Positions 22,260-31,455 of a DNA stretch of 64,000 nt are shown here, piece by piece (position 1 is the stretch's first letter; each line of letters starts with the position of its first letter). This DNA comes from an uncultured bacterium (GTDB taxonomy: Bacteria > Chloroflexota > UBA5177 > JANWHV01). The DNA lies in the NCBI GenBank assembly GCA_963827235.1, contig CAWHAE010000009.1, positions 416,001-480,000 on the forward strand. The letters are read 5' to 3'. Position numbers and translations under genes: made by a program. The notes beneath the pieces were generated by a model. The model made no database searches. It was not told the DNA's origin and saw only the letters and a list, made by a program, of their open reading frames with translations.

Positions 22260-24260
22260 ACTTGATCCGGTGCAACAGCCTGTGAATATCGTCGTTGACG
22301 ATAGACGGGCTGGATGAGGCGCTGCGCAAGGCCGACGATATTGGAAGAGGTGTTGACGCGCCTAGGAAGGGTCGCGGCAGCGTTTCAGCGAACTTGGGCG
22401 CCTTCGGCGGTGGTAGCGGTGGTGGTGCTGGGGCGGTGGTCAGCAGGCTGTACAAGGCGTCAAGCCTTCAGGAGGAAAGGCGAGCGTTGCACAGCCCACG
22501 CGAGCGCCCGGCAGTATTCAGCGCCACAAAACGCATGTACTTATGGCAAACATCGCCAGTAGCTCGGGAGGTCCGGGCGGCTGGCTGGCGGCGGGCTTCC
22601 TGGCCCCTGGCCCTGGTGCTGCGGGCGGTGACGAATGGGCGGCGCTGGGCATCATCTCATCCGCTGGCGGCGGCGGGCGCGGCGGGCGCGGCGGCGGCGC
22701 GGGGGGATTCGGCGGCACGATCGACCAGGGCGGAGGTCCGGGCTGGGGTGCTGGCGGCGGTCAGGGAGGCGGTGCTGGCGGCGGTGTCAGATTCGGTAGC
22801 TTTCGGTGCGCCCGGCCCGAACGCGGGAACCTTCGGCCTAAAGCTGGAACAGTTTGGCGTCCGTGGCGACAGGCAGCAAGCTGCCCTGGTTGGGCTGAGC
22901 GGTGCCATTGCGCGACAGCTACTTACGAGCGGCGCACTCAGTGCCGTGAACGGCAGTCGGGGCCGTCGGGGCGACCATAGGCTATGCGAATTCCATGGTC
23001 GCGACTCAGGCACAGGCCAAAGAGTCGATGCAGGCTGCGCTGGGCGGTCGTGGAAGAGATAATGGGACCGACCTTCAGACCGGGTTGATCGCGCAATGGC
23101 TAACGAGTTCAAGCAGTCCGGGACGCTGACGGAGCAGCTTGCCCAGCAGTTGGGCCTCGGTGGCGTGCAAGCAAAGCAGGCGATGGGTATTGAGCCGACC
23201 ATGCTGGAATTGCAGCAGCGCACCGGGGCGAGCGCGGATACGTTCAGTGACACCATGGCCGCGATGTCCACGAAGGGTGCGATGTCAGCGCAGCAGATCA
23301 GCGATACCTTCGCGGAATTGTTCAGCCAGAGCGCGAATAGCAGTGTCAGCCTGGATGCATTGATCAACTCGATGGTCAGTCTGCAAGCTGCGACCAAAGG
23401 CACGACCATGAACTGGCAGTCTACTGCTCAGATGTCGCAGGCGATGAAAGCGCTAGGGCCGGGCTACAACTTGGGTCAGATGACCAGCCCCGCGATGTCA
23501 GCTACCGGGACGAATGCCTTCCAGCAAGCAGCGGTGATGGGCGTCACGACTGACCAGCTTGCGAAGTGGCAGGGCCTTGTACCTGGTACAGCGGCGAACC
23601 CCGCAGCGCTGTTCAATGCGCAGCTGCAAGCGCTGGCGCGACAGACGAAGGGCAGTCAGGACAGAAACGTATCGAGAGCGAAGAGCTTCTTGCTCCGCTC
23701 GCGGGCCTTGACCTCTCTACACTCTCGCCGCAACAGCAAGAGCGCATGATGATGATGGCGAACAGCGGGCAGTGGTCGAAAGCGTACGGGGCGATCCAGA
23801 CACCCGCGAAGCCGCCTACCGGGATACCGAACATCGCGCCAACCACGACACCGCAGGCGACGGACTGGTGGAACCAGTTCCTCCGCCGGGGCCAGACCTT
23901 CGGGACGCAACCCAATCCGGAAAGCGGGATTAACACCCTGCTAGGGATGTCGAACTGGCCTTCCTGGATGCAGGCGGCGGGCGGCGGCATGGACAAGGCG
24001 ATGGCGGCTCTTGGAAGCCTGCCGATCTTCGGTTCGGCTGGACAGAGGAACCCTTGGGCGTCACCGACCCCGGGACCGAAGACCGGGCCTGTCGCGCCGA
24101 CCTATCCGGATTCAACGTCCATGTGGACGTCGCGGTAAGCGGCGCGGTGACGACGCCATCAGGCCCCGCGAAGGTCACGGTAACGAGCACCGCCACGTCG
24201 CGCACTGGTCCGCCCAAGTCCACGGCGGGCTCCAAGTTCCCCATTCGAGGGACCAAATGA
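22260..24260 (+). pseudogene. Phage tail tape-measure-like protein, fragmented
   Basis: N-terminal IDGLDEALRKA, Gly-rich linker, Ala/Gln/Met/Ser-rich helical repeats (23096-23749) spread over several frames. Confidence 0.5.
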
Positions 24261-24709
24261 CAATTCGCGCGACGCGGTGGCGCTTTCCTGCCGCAGACGC
24301 GCCTTACCCGTGGCGTCGGCAGCGTTTCGGCCCGCTGCCGGTGCCGCATCTCGTGGCGCGCAGGCGTCTTCTGCCTGCCTGCCGCCCCCTTCCCCGCTGC
24401 GGAGGGCCGGTCGCCTCGCACTCGTCCTGCGTGCCGGTCAGGCCCTCCGCCCCGATGCCTCTCTCGGGGCGGGACGGGTACCGCCTTCCCGATTGCCCTT
24501 CTCTTGCGGCAGGACGGCCCCGCGCTATCGTCATGGGCGGCGCCAGACTGCCCTGCCGCCCCCTTTCGCTTTCACCCCTGGGTCGCATGGCCCCCCTCCC
24601 CGCCGTGTGCGTCGGATGCTCTGCGATTCAGCTTCTGCGGCGGGCCTCTGTCGCCCCCCTTCCCACGAGGTGCCACACGGGCCTGCCGCCCCTATCCAAT
24701 GAGGCGACA

Positions 24710-25006
24710 ATGCGCGACGATGCACTGCTCAGCACCGCGCTTGCGATGGCGGTACCGCTAGCCCTGGCAGACTTGCGGCAGCGGGGCGGACCACGCGAAG
24801 GTGACTGGGCACAGGCGCGGGCCTTCGGTGAACGGCTGGCCTGTCACGGCGACGCGCCGCTGTTCCGCACCGATTCGGCAGCGGCACGGCAGGAAGGACG
24901 CGACACCGCCAGCATGTTCAACGGGCTCGTGCGTGCCCTGGCGGTACTGGCGTACTGTCCGGGAGGGGTGACGTTCCAGGGATTGCACTGGGAGGCAACA
25001 GACTAG
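24710..25006 (+). CDS. Hypothetical phage-type protein (98 aa)
   Basis: Intact ORF with RBS GAGG; AVPL...HGD..LF...FN.L.RALAVLAYCPGGVTF.GLHW. Confidence 0.55.
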   Translation: MRDDALLSTALAMAVPLALADLRQRGGPREGDWAQARAFGERLACHGDAPLFRTDSAAARQEGRDTASMFNGLVRALAVLAYCPGGVTFQGLHWEATD

Positions 25007-25872
25007 CGCGCGATTGAAGCGGGAGCGGGGCCCAGGTCTGAAGCTGGGTACGCTGCCTGGAAGGACGGGGAGGCAGTGACATTCGTAGCGAGGACTGCCG
25101 AACTGTCCATCGGCCCCTGTCCCCCTTTGCCGGTTGCGGAGTGGGCGGGGGCCTCTTCACGCTTCCACCGCTGTATCCTCCAGGGGGAAGGACGTCCGCG
25201 CCTTCGCGACGGCGGAGCGGGTGCGTGGTACCACCGTTCTGTCACGAGAAAGGACGACACACGGACGTGCCGCCCAGTGATGGCCCCCTCGCGCCGGCTC
25301 TGTCGGGGTTCGCAGCGTGAGGGGGCCGTTCCGCGCCTGTCCCCGCGCCCTGCCGGTCTCATCCGTATGCTCAAACTGCGGCATGGGATGGGAACGGTAC
25401 CGAACTCTACAGTACCAGAGGCAGCGGAGCATTGGTGCTCCCCGCGCCGTCGCCTTCCCCGGCAGACGATGACGGGTAGGGGTGTACTGTGTGCTGCTGA
25501 CTGTTCGACAGTGCCTAACGTTTGCTGCTGCTGCGAGTAGCGCCGTTGTGTGCGCTCCATCGCTGGCGCCGTCGTGGTAGCGCCGTGCACGGTCGTATGT
25601 GTGTGCCTGCCGTGCGGCGATGACCGCAGTGCAGATCGGCAGCAGTACCTACGCTGCGGTGTTCATTGGATTCGCTGCGTGCTCATGGCGCGTCGCATGG
25701 CGGGGCGCGGAATGCGGGCGTCGTGCTGGCAGGATGCGATAGCCATGTCCTGCGCTCCCGTGCGCCAGACGCGAACGTCGAGAGCCGTAGGGTGCGCTGG
25801 CAAGGGGTGCCGTGCTGGTGCCGTGCTGGACAGATATAGTAAGTCACGCGTCACAGGGTATAGTTCGCTGTA

Positions 25873-26202
25873 TATTCCCCCGATCAGCGCGCGAACCCGT
25901 CGGACATAAACTCGGGCGGCCGGGCCCTCGAAGGCATCGTGCGCCCCTATGCTCTGGCCACGGCCGGCACGCCGCTCTCCATGCACTTCGATCTGGCCAC
26001 GCGCACGTTCGAGCTCAGATTCCGGGCAGACCCCGCGGTGCCCGCTCCGACGGAGATCTTCGTGCCACGGCTCCAGTACGCTGGCGGCTACAGCGTGACC
26101 CTCTCGGAAGGCCGCTACGAGCGGGCCGACGAGCGCCAGGTGCTGATCGTGCACGGACCCGGCGACGAGCGCGAGGTCACGCTGCGTATCGCGCCGTCAT
26201 AG
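25873..26202 (+). CDS. GH5 endoglycoceramidase-like enzyme, 3' part (C-terminal beta-sandwich)
   Basis: YSPDQRANPSDINSGGRALEGIVRPYALATAG.P....FD....F.......APTEIFVP..QY; in frame with the 5' part after excision. Confidence 0.85.
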   Translation, partial: YSPDQRANPSDINSGGRALEGIVRPYALATAGTPLSMHFDLATRTFELRFRADPAVPAPTEIFVPRLQYAGGYSVTLSEGRYERADERQVLIVHGPGDEREVTLRIAPS

Positions 26203-26335
26203 GCGTGGCCACCTCTGGCCAGACGCCCACATCCGGCGCTACCAGCGCCGGGCAACCGATCCCTGTTTCTCGCCCACGACTGCGGGCCAAAGCGCGTTGG
26301 TTCACTGGCTTACATCGGCCGGCGCGGACGGGAGA

Positions 26336-27166
26336 TCAGCGCAGGCCCGAGCGGATGAATGCATCCATCACCTGCCGGCGCAAGAGCAGGTAGATCGCCA
26401 ATACGGGCAGGGAAGCCAGGCTTGCTGCCGCCATCAACGGCCCCCACAGCGTGCCTTGCTCCGACATGAACATCTGCAGTCCCACCTGGACTACCGTCTG
26501 ATCCATCTGGCTGGTGGCAATCAAGGGCCAGAAGTATTCGTTCCAGGACGAGATGAACAGCAGGATGCCGATCGTCGCCAGCCCCGAGCGGATGTTGGGC
26601 ACCACGATCAGCCACAAAATGCTCCAGCTCGAGGTGCCATCCAGCCGCGCCGCTTCGATCAGTTCGAGCGGGATCGACTTCATCTGCAGGCGCAGCAGGA
26701 TCACGGCGAAGGCCGCCGTGAGCTGCGGCACCACGAGGCCGGGTAGCGCGTTGAGCCAGCCCAGCCGCGATACCAGCACGTAGTTCGGGATCATCGTGAC
26801 CTGGATCGGAACGAGCCAGGTGCCGACCAGGAGAAGCAGCAGCACGCGCTCGCCGAAGAAGCGCCAGCGCGCGAAGGCATATGCGGCCGGCAGCGCGATC
26901 AGAATCTGGCCGATCGCTACCAGCACGGACATGGCAAACGTGTTCCAGAGCTGGTGGACCAGTGGAGAGTTGTCCCAGACGAACCGGTAGTTGTCCAGCG
27001 TCAATCCCGAGGGCACCAGCAGGTCGGAGAAGATATCGTTCGCCGGTTTCAGCCCGGTGACGAACATCCAGTAGATGGGAAGCAGGCTCACCACCGAGCC
27101 GGCGATCAGCGCGGCGTGGTGCAGAGCGTGGGGTACGAGCCCGCGCGATGGATGCGCTGAGAGCAT
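26336..27166 (-). CDS. Carbohydrate (CUT1) ABC permease, UgpE-like
   Basis: AAYAFAR, IPLELIEAARLDG (EAA loop), WNEYFWPLI. Confidence 0.9.
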   Translation of the reverse strand: MLSAHPSRGLVPHALHHAALIAGSVVSLLPIYWMFVTGLKPANDIFSDLLVPSGLTLDNYRFVWDNSPLVHQLWNTFAMSVLVAIGQILIALPAAYAFARWRFFGERVLLLLLVGTWLVPIQVTMIPNYVLVSRLGWLNALPGLVVPQLTAAFAVILLRLQMKSIPLELIEAARLDGTSSWSILWLIVVPNIRSGLATIGILLFISSWNEYFWPLIATSQMDQTVVQVGLQMFMSEQGTLWGPLMAAASLASLPVLAIYLLLRRQVMDAFIRSGLR

Positions 27167-27180
27167 GGGCCTATTACTCC

Positions 27181-28146
27181 TCAGGAGTCGTAGAAGGAGA
27201 ACCGCTCGGCCAGCCACATGAAGACCAGCGCGATGACGCCAAAGGCGACGAAGAAGAGCAGCGACGCGGCCGCGCTGTAGCCGATACTGAAGTTCTGGAA
27301 TCCGATCTGCCAGAGCAGGTAGTAGGCGTTAGTGGTGGAGAAGAGGGGACCACCCTGGGTCAGATTGTTGATCAGGGGGAACGTCCACTGGGCCGAGAGC
27401 AGAATGCTCATCATAAGCATGAATAGGATCGTGGGCAGCATCAGCGGCAGCGTGACCCAGCGCGTGGCGGCGAGCCTGTCCGCCCCATCCACTGCGGCCG
27501 CTTCGAAGTAGGTGCGGTCGAGGTTGGTCACTCCCGCCGAGAAGATCAGCAGGCTGAAACCGAATAGCTTCCAGCCGGTAATCACCACGATCGCCCACAG
27601 CGCGGTCGCGGTGTTCCCCAGCCAGTCGATCGGCGACATGCGGAGCGCCCAGTGCAGGGCAAGGTTGGCGACGCCCGTGGTGGGATCCAGCATCCAGCCC
27701 CAGATGATCGACACGACGATCGGCGCCATCAGCAGGGGAGTGAACAGCGCCGTGCGATAGACGTCGCGCCACCGCCCCCGCACCTCGTCCACGAAGAGAG
27801 CGATGATGAGCGGAAGGATCACTGAGAAGGGCAGCAACCCGACGATATAGAGCAGCGTATTGACCAGCGCCTGCTGCATGCCCGGCACGTTGAGCAGGTC
27901 CTGATAGTTTGAAAATCCTACCGGTATCTTCGGGCTCGTAGGCAGGAGATTCCATTGGTAGAAGCTGAGATCCACGGTCTCTGCCAGGGGCCAGTATATC
28001 CAGATACCCACGGCCAGGCATGCCGGCAGCAGGTAGAGATACGGCTCCAGCCTGCCAAGCTTGAGACGCTTGATAGCAGGCCGGATGCCGGTGTGCGCGG
28101 GTGCTGCCAGCGTCACGTGCATCTTTCGCCTGGCCATCGCGTCCAT
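27181..28146 (-). CDS. Carbohydrate (CUT1) ABC permease, UgpA-like
   Basis: VGFSNY, YFEAAAVDGA, LTQGGP. Confidence 0.9.
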   Translation of the reverse strand: MDAMARRKMHVTLAAPAHTGIRPAIKRLKLGRLEPYLYLLPACLAVGIWIYWPLAETVDLSFYQWNLLPTSPKIPVGFSNYQDLLNVPGMQQALVNTLLYIVGLLPFSVILPLIIALFVDEVRGRWRDVYRTALFTPLLMAPIVVSIIWGWMLDPTTGVANLALHWALRMSPIDWLGNTATALWAIVVITGWKLFGFSLLIFSAGVTNLDRTYFEAAAVDGADRLAATRWVTLPLMLPTILFMLMMSILLSAQWTFPLINNLTQGGPLFSTTNAYYLLWQIGFQNFSIGYSAAASLLFFVAFGVIALVFMWLAERFSFYDS

Positions 28147-28217
28147 GTACTCTCCTCTGCGCGACTGCATGGCGGCGACGTTCCTGTCGCCGCCATGCAA
28201 GCTCGGCGCCGTAGTCC

Positions 28218-28955
28218 CTATGCCGCTTCTTCGGTAAGTGCCTCGCGCAGGCTGTCCAGCATCGTGGCCGGCACGCCCACCGCCGTCAGGTAGTCTCGCG
28301 GTCCACCGTAGCGGTCGTGCAGGTAAGCCCAGGTCTCGATCAACATCTCCTCGTCACACGACAGGAGCGGCTGCATCGCTTCCCAGTCCTGACCGGAAGC
28401 GGCCACTCGCGCGCGAAGGTCCTCATAGAAGCCCTCAGCCAGGTAGCGCCCGGTCAGGGCGTAGTCGCCAGCAATGGCCTCGGCCGGCACTCCCGCCAGG
28501 CCGAGCAGCAGGGCGATGATCACGCCGGTACGGTCCTTCCCGGCTGTGCAGTGAATCACCGCCGGAAAGGTATCGGGCTCGCTCAGGATAGAGACGATGC
28601 GCTTGATCTCCGTCTGGGAGCCATCCAGGATGGAGCGATAGAGATCGACCAGGGACGTGGGACGCCCGTTCCCTGTCGAGTCCGAGATCAAAGAGATCGG
28701 GTAATAGCGCACGCCGGCGGCCTCGGCCAGGGCGTAGGATTCGCCGAGGCGCTCCTCGGGCCGGCGCAGGTCGATGATCGTGCGCAAGCCGGAGCCGGTC
28801 AGGGCCTGCACGCCATCCTCGGTCAGCTTGTGCAGGCTATCGCCGCGCAGGAGCATGCCCCAGCGCGTGACCCGCCCATCCTCGGTGGCATAGCCGCCGA
28901 CGTCACGTAGATTGAAGACGCCCGGAAAGCTGAGCCTGCGTGTTGGTGCTATCAT
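28218..28955 (-). CDS. Tyrosine-phosphatase family protein (PtpB/Y_phosphatase3)
   Basis: NLRDVGGY, IIDLR, HCTAGKDRTG P-loop. Confidence 0.9.
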   Translation of the reverse strand: MIAPTRRLSFPGVFNLRDVGGYATEDGRVTRWGMLLRGDSLHKLTEDGVQALTGSGLRTIIDLRRPEERLGESYALAEAAGVRYYPISLISDSTGNGRPTSLVDLYRSILDGSQTEIKRIVSILSEPDTFPAVIHCTAGKDRTGVIIALLLGLAGVPAEAIAGDYALTGRYLAEGFYEDLRARVAASGQDWEAMQPLLSCDEEMLIETWAYLHDRYGGPRDYLTAVGVPATMLDSLREALTEEAA

Positions 28956-28971
28956 GTCGCTCACCGTGGCA

Positions 28972-30312
28972 CTACTTCGGCATGAAGGCCGAGGCTTGTT
29001 GTTGGGCCGACTGCAGCGTCTTCGTGGCATCCGCACCGTGGTAGACCACCTGCTCTACTGCCTGCATCATGATCGTGACCACCTCGTGGTAGTTCGGACC
29101 GGGGAACGACACCCAGGGCTGCAGCGCGGCCAGCTGTGCCAGGTTCGGCTGCACCATGGGATGGGCCTGAGCCCAGCCCTTGAGATACTGGGAGTCGTTC
29201 ACGATGCTGGGCCGCAGCGGCAGGTAGCCGATCTTGCTGGTGATGATCGTGTAGCCACGCGCGCTGGTCAGGAATTGGATGAGCTCCCACGCCGCGCGCT
29301 CCTGTACCGGGTCGTGGCTGAGCACGAAGAGGGCGCTGCCCGAGTTGGTCGGCACCACGGGGTGCCCGCTGAAGGCCGGCTCACGCGCCGCGCGCAGGTC
29401 CCACTTGCCTTGCGATTCGGCCAGGAACATGGACTGCACCGCGCTGGTCTCCAGCAGCATGCCCATGTTGCCCGAGCCGAAATCGGTGAAATCCTCGTTC
29501 TCGGTCAGGGGAGCGCTGGCCCCGCTCTGCACCAGGTCCTGCCACATCTGGGCGGCGGAGACGGCCGCCGGCTCGGCGAACGTGAGCTTGGTACGGTCCG
29601 GCGAAAGCACGCGGCCGCCCGCGCTCAGCACCAGCGATTGGTAACACCAGTCGAACTGGCCGAGGCAATCGATGGAGGCTCCCACCTTGCCCGTCTTCTG
29701 CTTGATCCGCAGGGCATCCGCCTTGACCTGCGCCCAGGTAGTGGGCGGCTGATTCGGGTCCAGGCCGGCGGTCTGGAACAGCGAGGCGTTGTAGAAGAGC
29801 ACCGGCGTGCTAAACGTATAGGGCGCGCCGTACACCTGGCCGTCGAGGGCCGCGAGCTTGAGGGCCACCGGACTGAACGGGTACTTGCCGCCTGCCCAGG
29901 ATGCCATGTCTGCCGGGGAAGCGATGTCGTTGAGAGGCACCGCGTTGAGATTATGCACGATGAAGTCCAGATCCGAGAAGGTGAGCTGAGCCACGTCGGG
30001 CGGACTGCCTGCCACCACCTCGGCCTGCACCTTGGCCACAATCGCCGTCGACACCAGCGGCTCACCGACCACGTGGATGTTGGGGTGTAGCTGCTCGAAC
30101 TCCTGGATGAGCTGCTCGGTGCCGGCTTTGCCCACGCCGGCGCTCGCCAGATTGTAGTCCGCGAAGCGAATGGTCACTTGCTTGTTCGCCGGGATCGGGG
30201 CCGGGTAGGATGGCGCAGCGCCGGTCGCACCGGGTGCCGCCGCCGCCACACAGGCAGCAATGGACAACACGCCGAAACCACGCAGAAGTAATGGGGAGCT
30301 TCGTCGTTGCAT
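28972..30312 (-). CDS. ABC substrate-binding protein (UgpB-like)
   Basis: N-terminal signal peptide; STPVLFYN..LF..AGLDP..PPTTW, GYLP. Confidence 0.88.
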   Translation of the reverse strand: MQRRSSPLLLRGFGVLSIAACVAAAAPGATGAAPSYPAPIPANKQVTIRFADYNLASAGVGKAGTEQLIQEFEQLHPNIHVVGEPLVSTAIVAKVQAEVVAGSPPDVAQLTFSDLDFIVHNLNAVPLNDIASPADMASWAGGKYPFSPVALKLAALDGQVYGAPYTFSTPVLFYNASLFQTAGLDPNQPPTTWAQVKADALRIKQKTGKVGASIDCLGQFDWCYQSLVLSAGGRVLSPDRTKLTFAEPAAVSAAQMWQDLVQSGASAPLTENEDFTDFGSGNMGMLLETSAVQSMFLAESQGKWDLRAAREPAFSGHPVVPTNSGSALFVLSHDPVQERAAWELIQFLTSARGYTIITSKIGYLPLRPSIVNDSQYLKGWAQAHPMVQPNLAQLAALQPWVSFPGPNYHEVVTIMMQAVEQVVYHGADATKTLQSAQQQASAFMPK

Positions 30313-30430
30313 GATCAGTCTTGTCCTCTCACCATAGGGCCGTCCGCCATCAAAGTGTTTTGTGCAGGCCGGCGTTGCCGCCGGAATCTCATGCCGGCGT
30401 GGCTTGCCTGCCCGGATGCCGGGATGCCGC

Positions 30431-31291
30431 TCAGGCAGCTGGTGCTGCTTGGGAGTTCATTCGCTCTATCAGCTCGCCGAGCTGCTGCACGGAGATGCGG
30501 CCGATCTCCTCCTGCCTGCCGGGCAGAATCGTCGAAGTCACCTCCGGCACCCGATCACGAATAGTCACCACGTTGAAGCCGCAGCCGGCCTGCATGACGA
30601 GCGCGTCGGCCGACCAGGGATCCAGGAGGTGGGCGGTGCCGGGGGCCGCAACTACGGGTATGCCGTTCAGCGCCGAGGAGAGGGGGAAATGGATGTGCCC
30701 GGCCAGGATAGCGACCACGTCTTTGCCGGCCAGCGTCGCGCCCAGCTCGGCATCGTTGCGCACCATCAAGAACGGCAGAATGTGCACCTTGTGCGAGACC
30801 GGCGGGTGGTGGACCACGACCACAGTGCCCTCCGGTGCCGGCTGAGACAGCTCAGATTCAAGCCAGGCCATCTGCGCGGCGTCTATCTCGCCCTCGGGCG
30901 AGTCGGGCAGATAGGAGTCGAGCATGATCACGCGCAGGCCGCCAAGCATGCGGCTGTAGTAGTAGGGCTGGGCAGCCTGCCCATTGTCCAGGCCAAGATA
31001 GACCGAGTTGAAGGTCTTGCGGTTATCGTGGTTGCCGATGCCAAGCAGGACCTGTACGCCGTCTGCCGTCAGCTCGTCGACCAGGGCGCGCAGCCGCTCG
31101 TAGCTCTGCGGCTCGCCGTGGTTGGAGAGGTCGCCGCTGAACACCAGCGGGCAGTTGGGCAGGAGGTTGGCGCCAAAAGCGCGGTCCAGGCAGACGCGCA
31201 GGTTCGCCATCGTATCCTGCCCCATGTAGCGCTCATCTGCCGTGGCAGCAATGTGGAGATCTGACATGTGTACGAGAGTGGTCGTTCCCAT
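30431..31291 (-). CDS. Metallophosphoesterase (CpdA/GpdQ-like phosphodiesterase)
   Basis: SDLH, SGDL, GNHD, HHPP, GHIH. Confidence 0.9.
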   Translation of the reverse strand: MGTTTLVHMSDLHIAATADERYMGQDTMANLRVCLDRAFGANLLPNCPLVFSGDLSNHGEPQSYERLRALVDELTADGVQVLLGIGNHDNRKTFNSVYLGLDNGQAAQPYYYSRMLGGLRVIMLDSYLPDSPEGEIDAAQMAWLESELSQPAPEGTVVVVHHPPVSHKVHILPFLMVRNDAELGATLAGKDVVAILAGHIHFPLSSALNGIPVVAAPGTAHLLDPWSADALVMQAGCGFNVVTIRDRVPEVTSTILPGRQEEIGRISVQQLGELIERMNSQAAPAA

Positions 31292-31376
31292 CTGCTGCTC
31301 CTTTGCCGGCGATTCGTGCCAGCCGGCTGTGCTATGCTTCATGTAAGCGTTCACAAGCTGGGTCCGTGCACCACCA

Positions 31377-31430
31377 AGTATAGAGACCCACCCGAGTAGC
31401 TGGGTTAAGACGGCGTTAAAACCACGTTAA
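31377..31430. promoter_or_regulatory. Pho-box-like triple direct repeat in the divergent promoter
   Basis: GTTAA at 31404, 31415 and 31426 (11-bp period; TTAAC on minus strand); minus-strand TATACT at 31377-31382. Confidence 0.6.
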
Positions 31431-31455
31431 TTGTGGCGACGGCGGTCGAGCCCAC

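Larger units (their letters stand above)
14970..25873. mobile_element. Integrated ~10.9 kb serine-recombinase element (prophage remnant or satellite) inside the GH5 gene
   Basis: TAT core duplicated at 14970-14972 and 25871-25873; removal fuses the GH5 halves in frame; recombinase adjacent to the left junction; more A/T-rich than flanks. Confidence 0.85.

Noticed and set aside
25190-25240. T-box-like GGTGGTACCACG on the minus strand
   Set aside because: No stem-I motifs, terminator or amino-acid gene nearby
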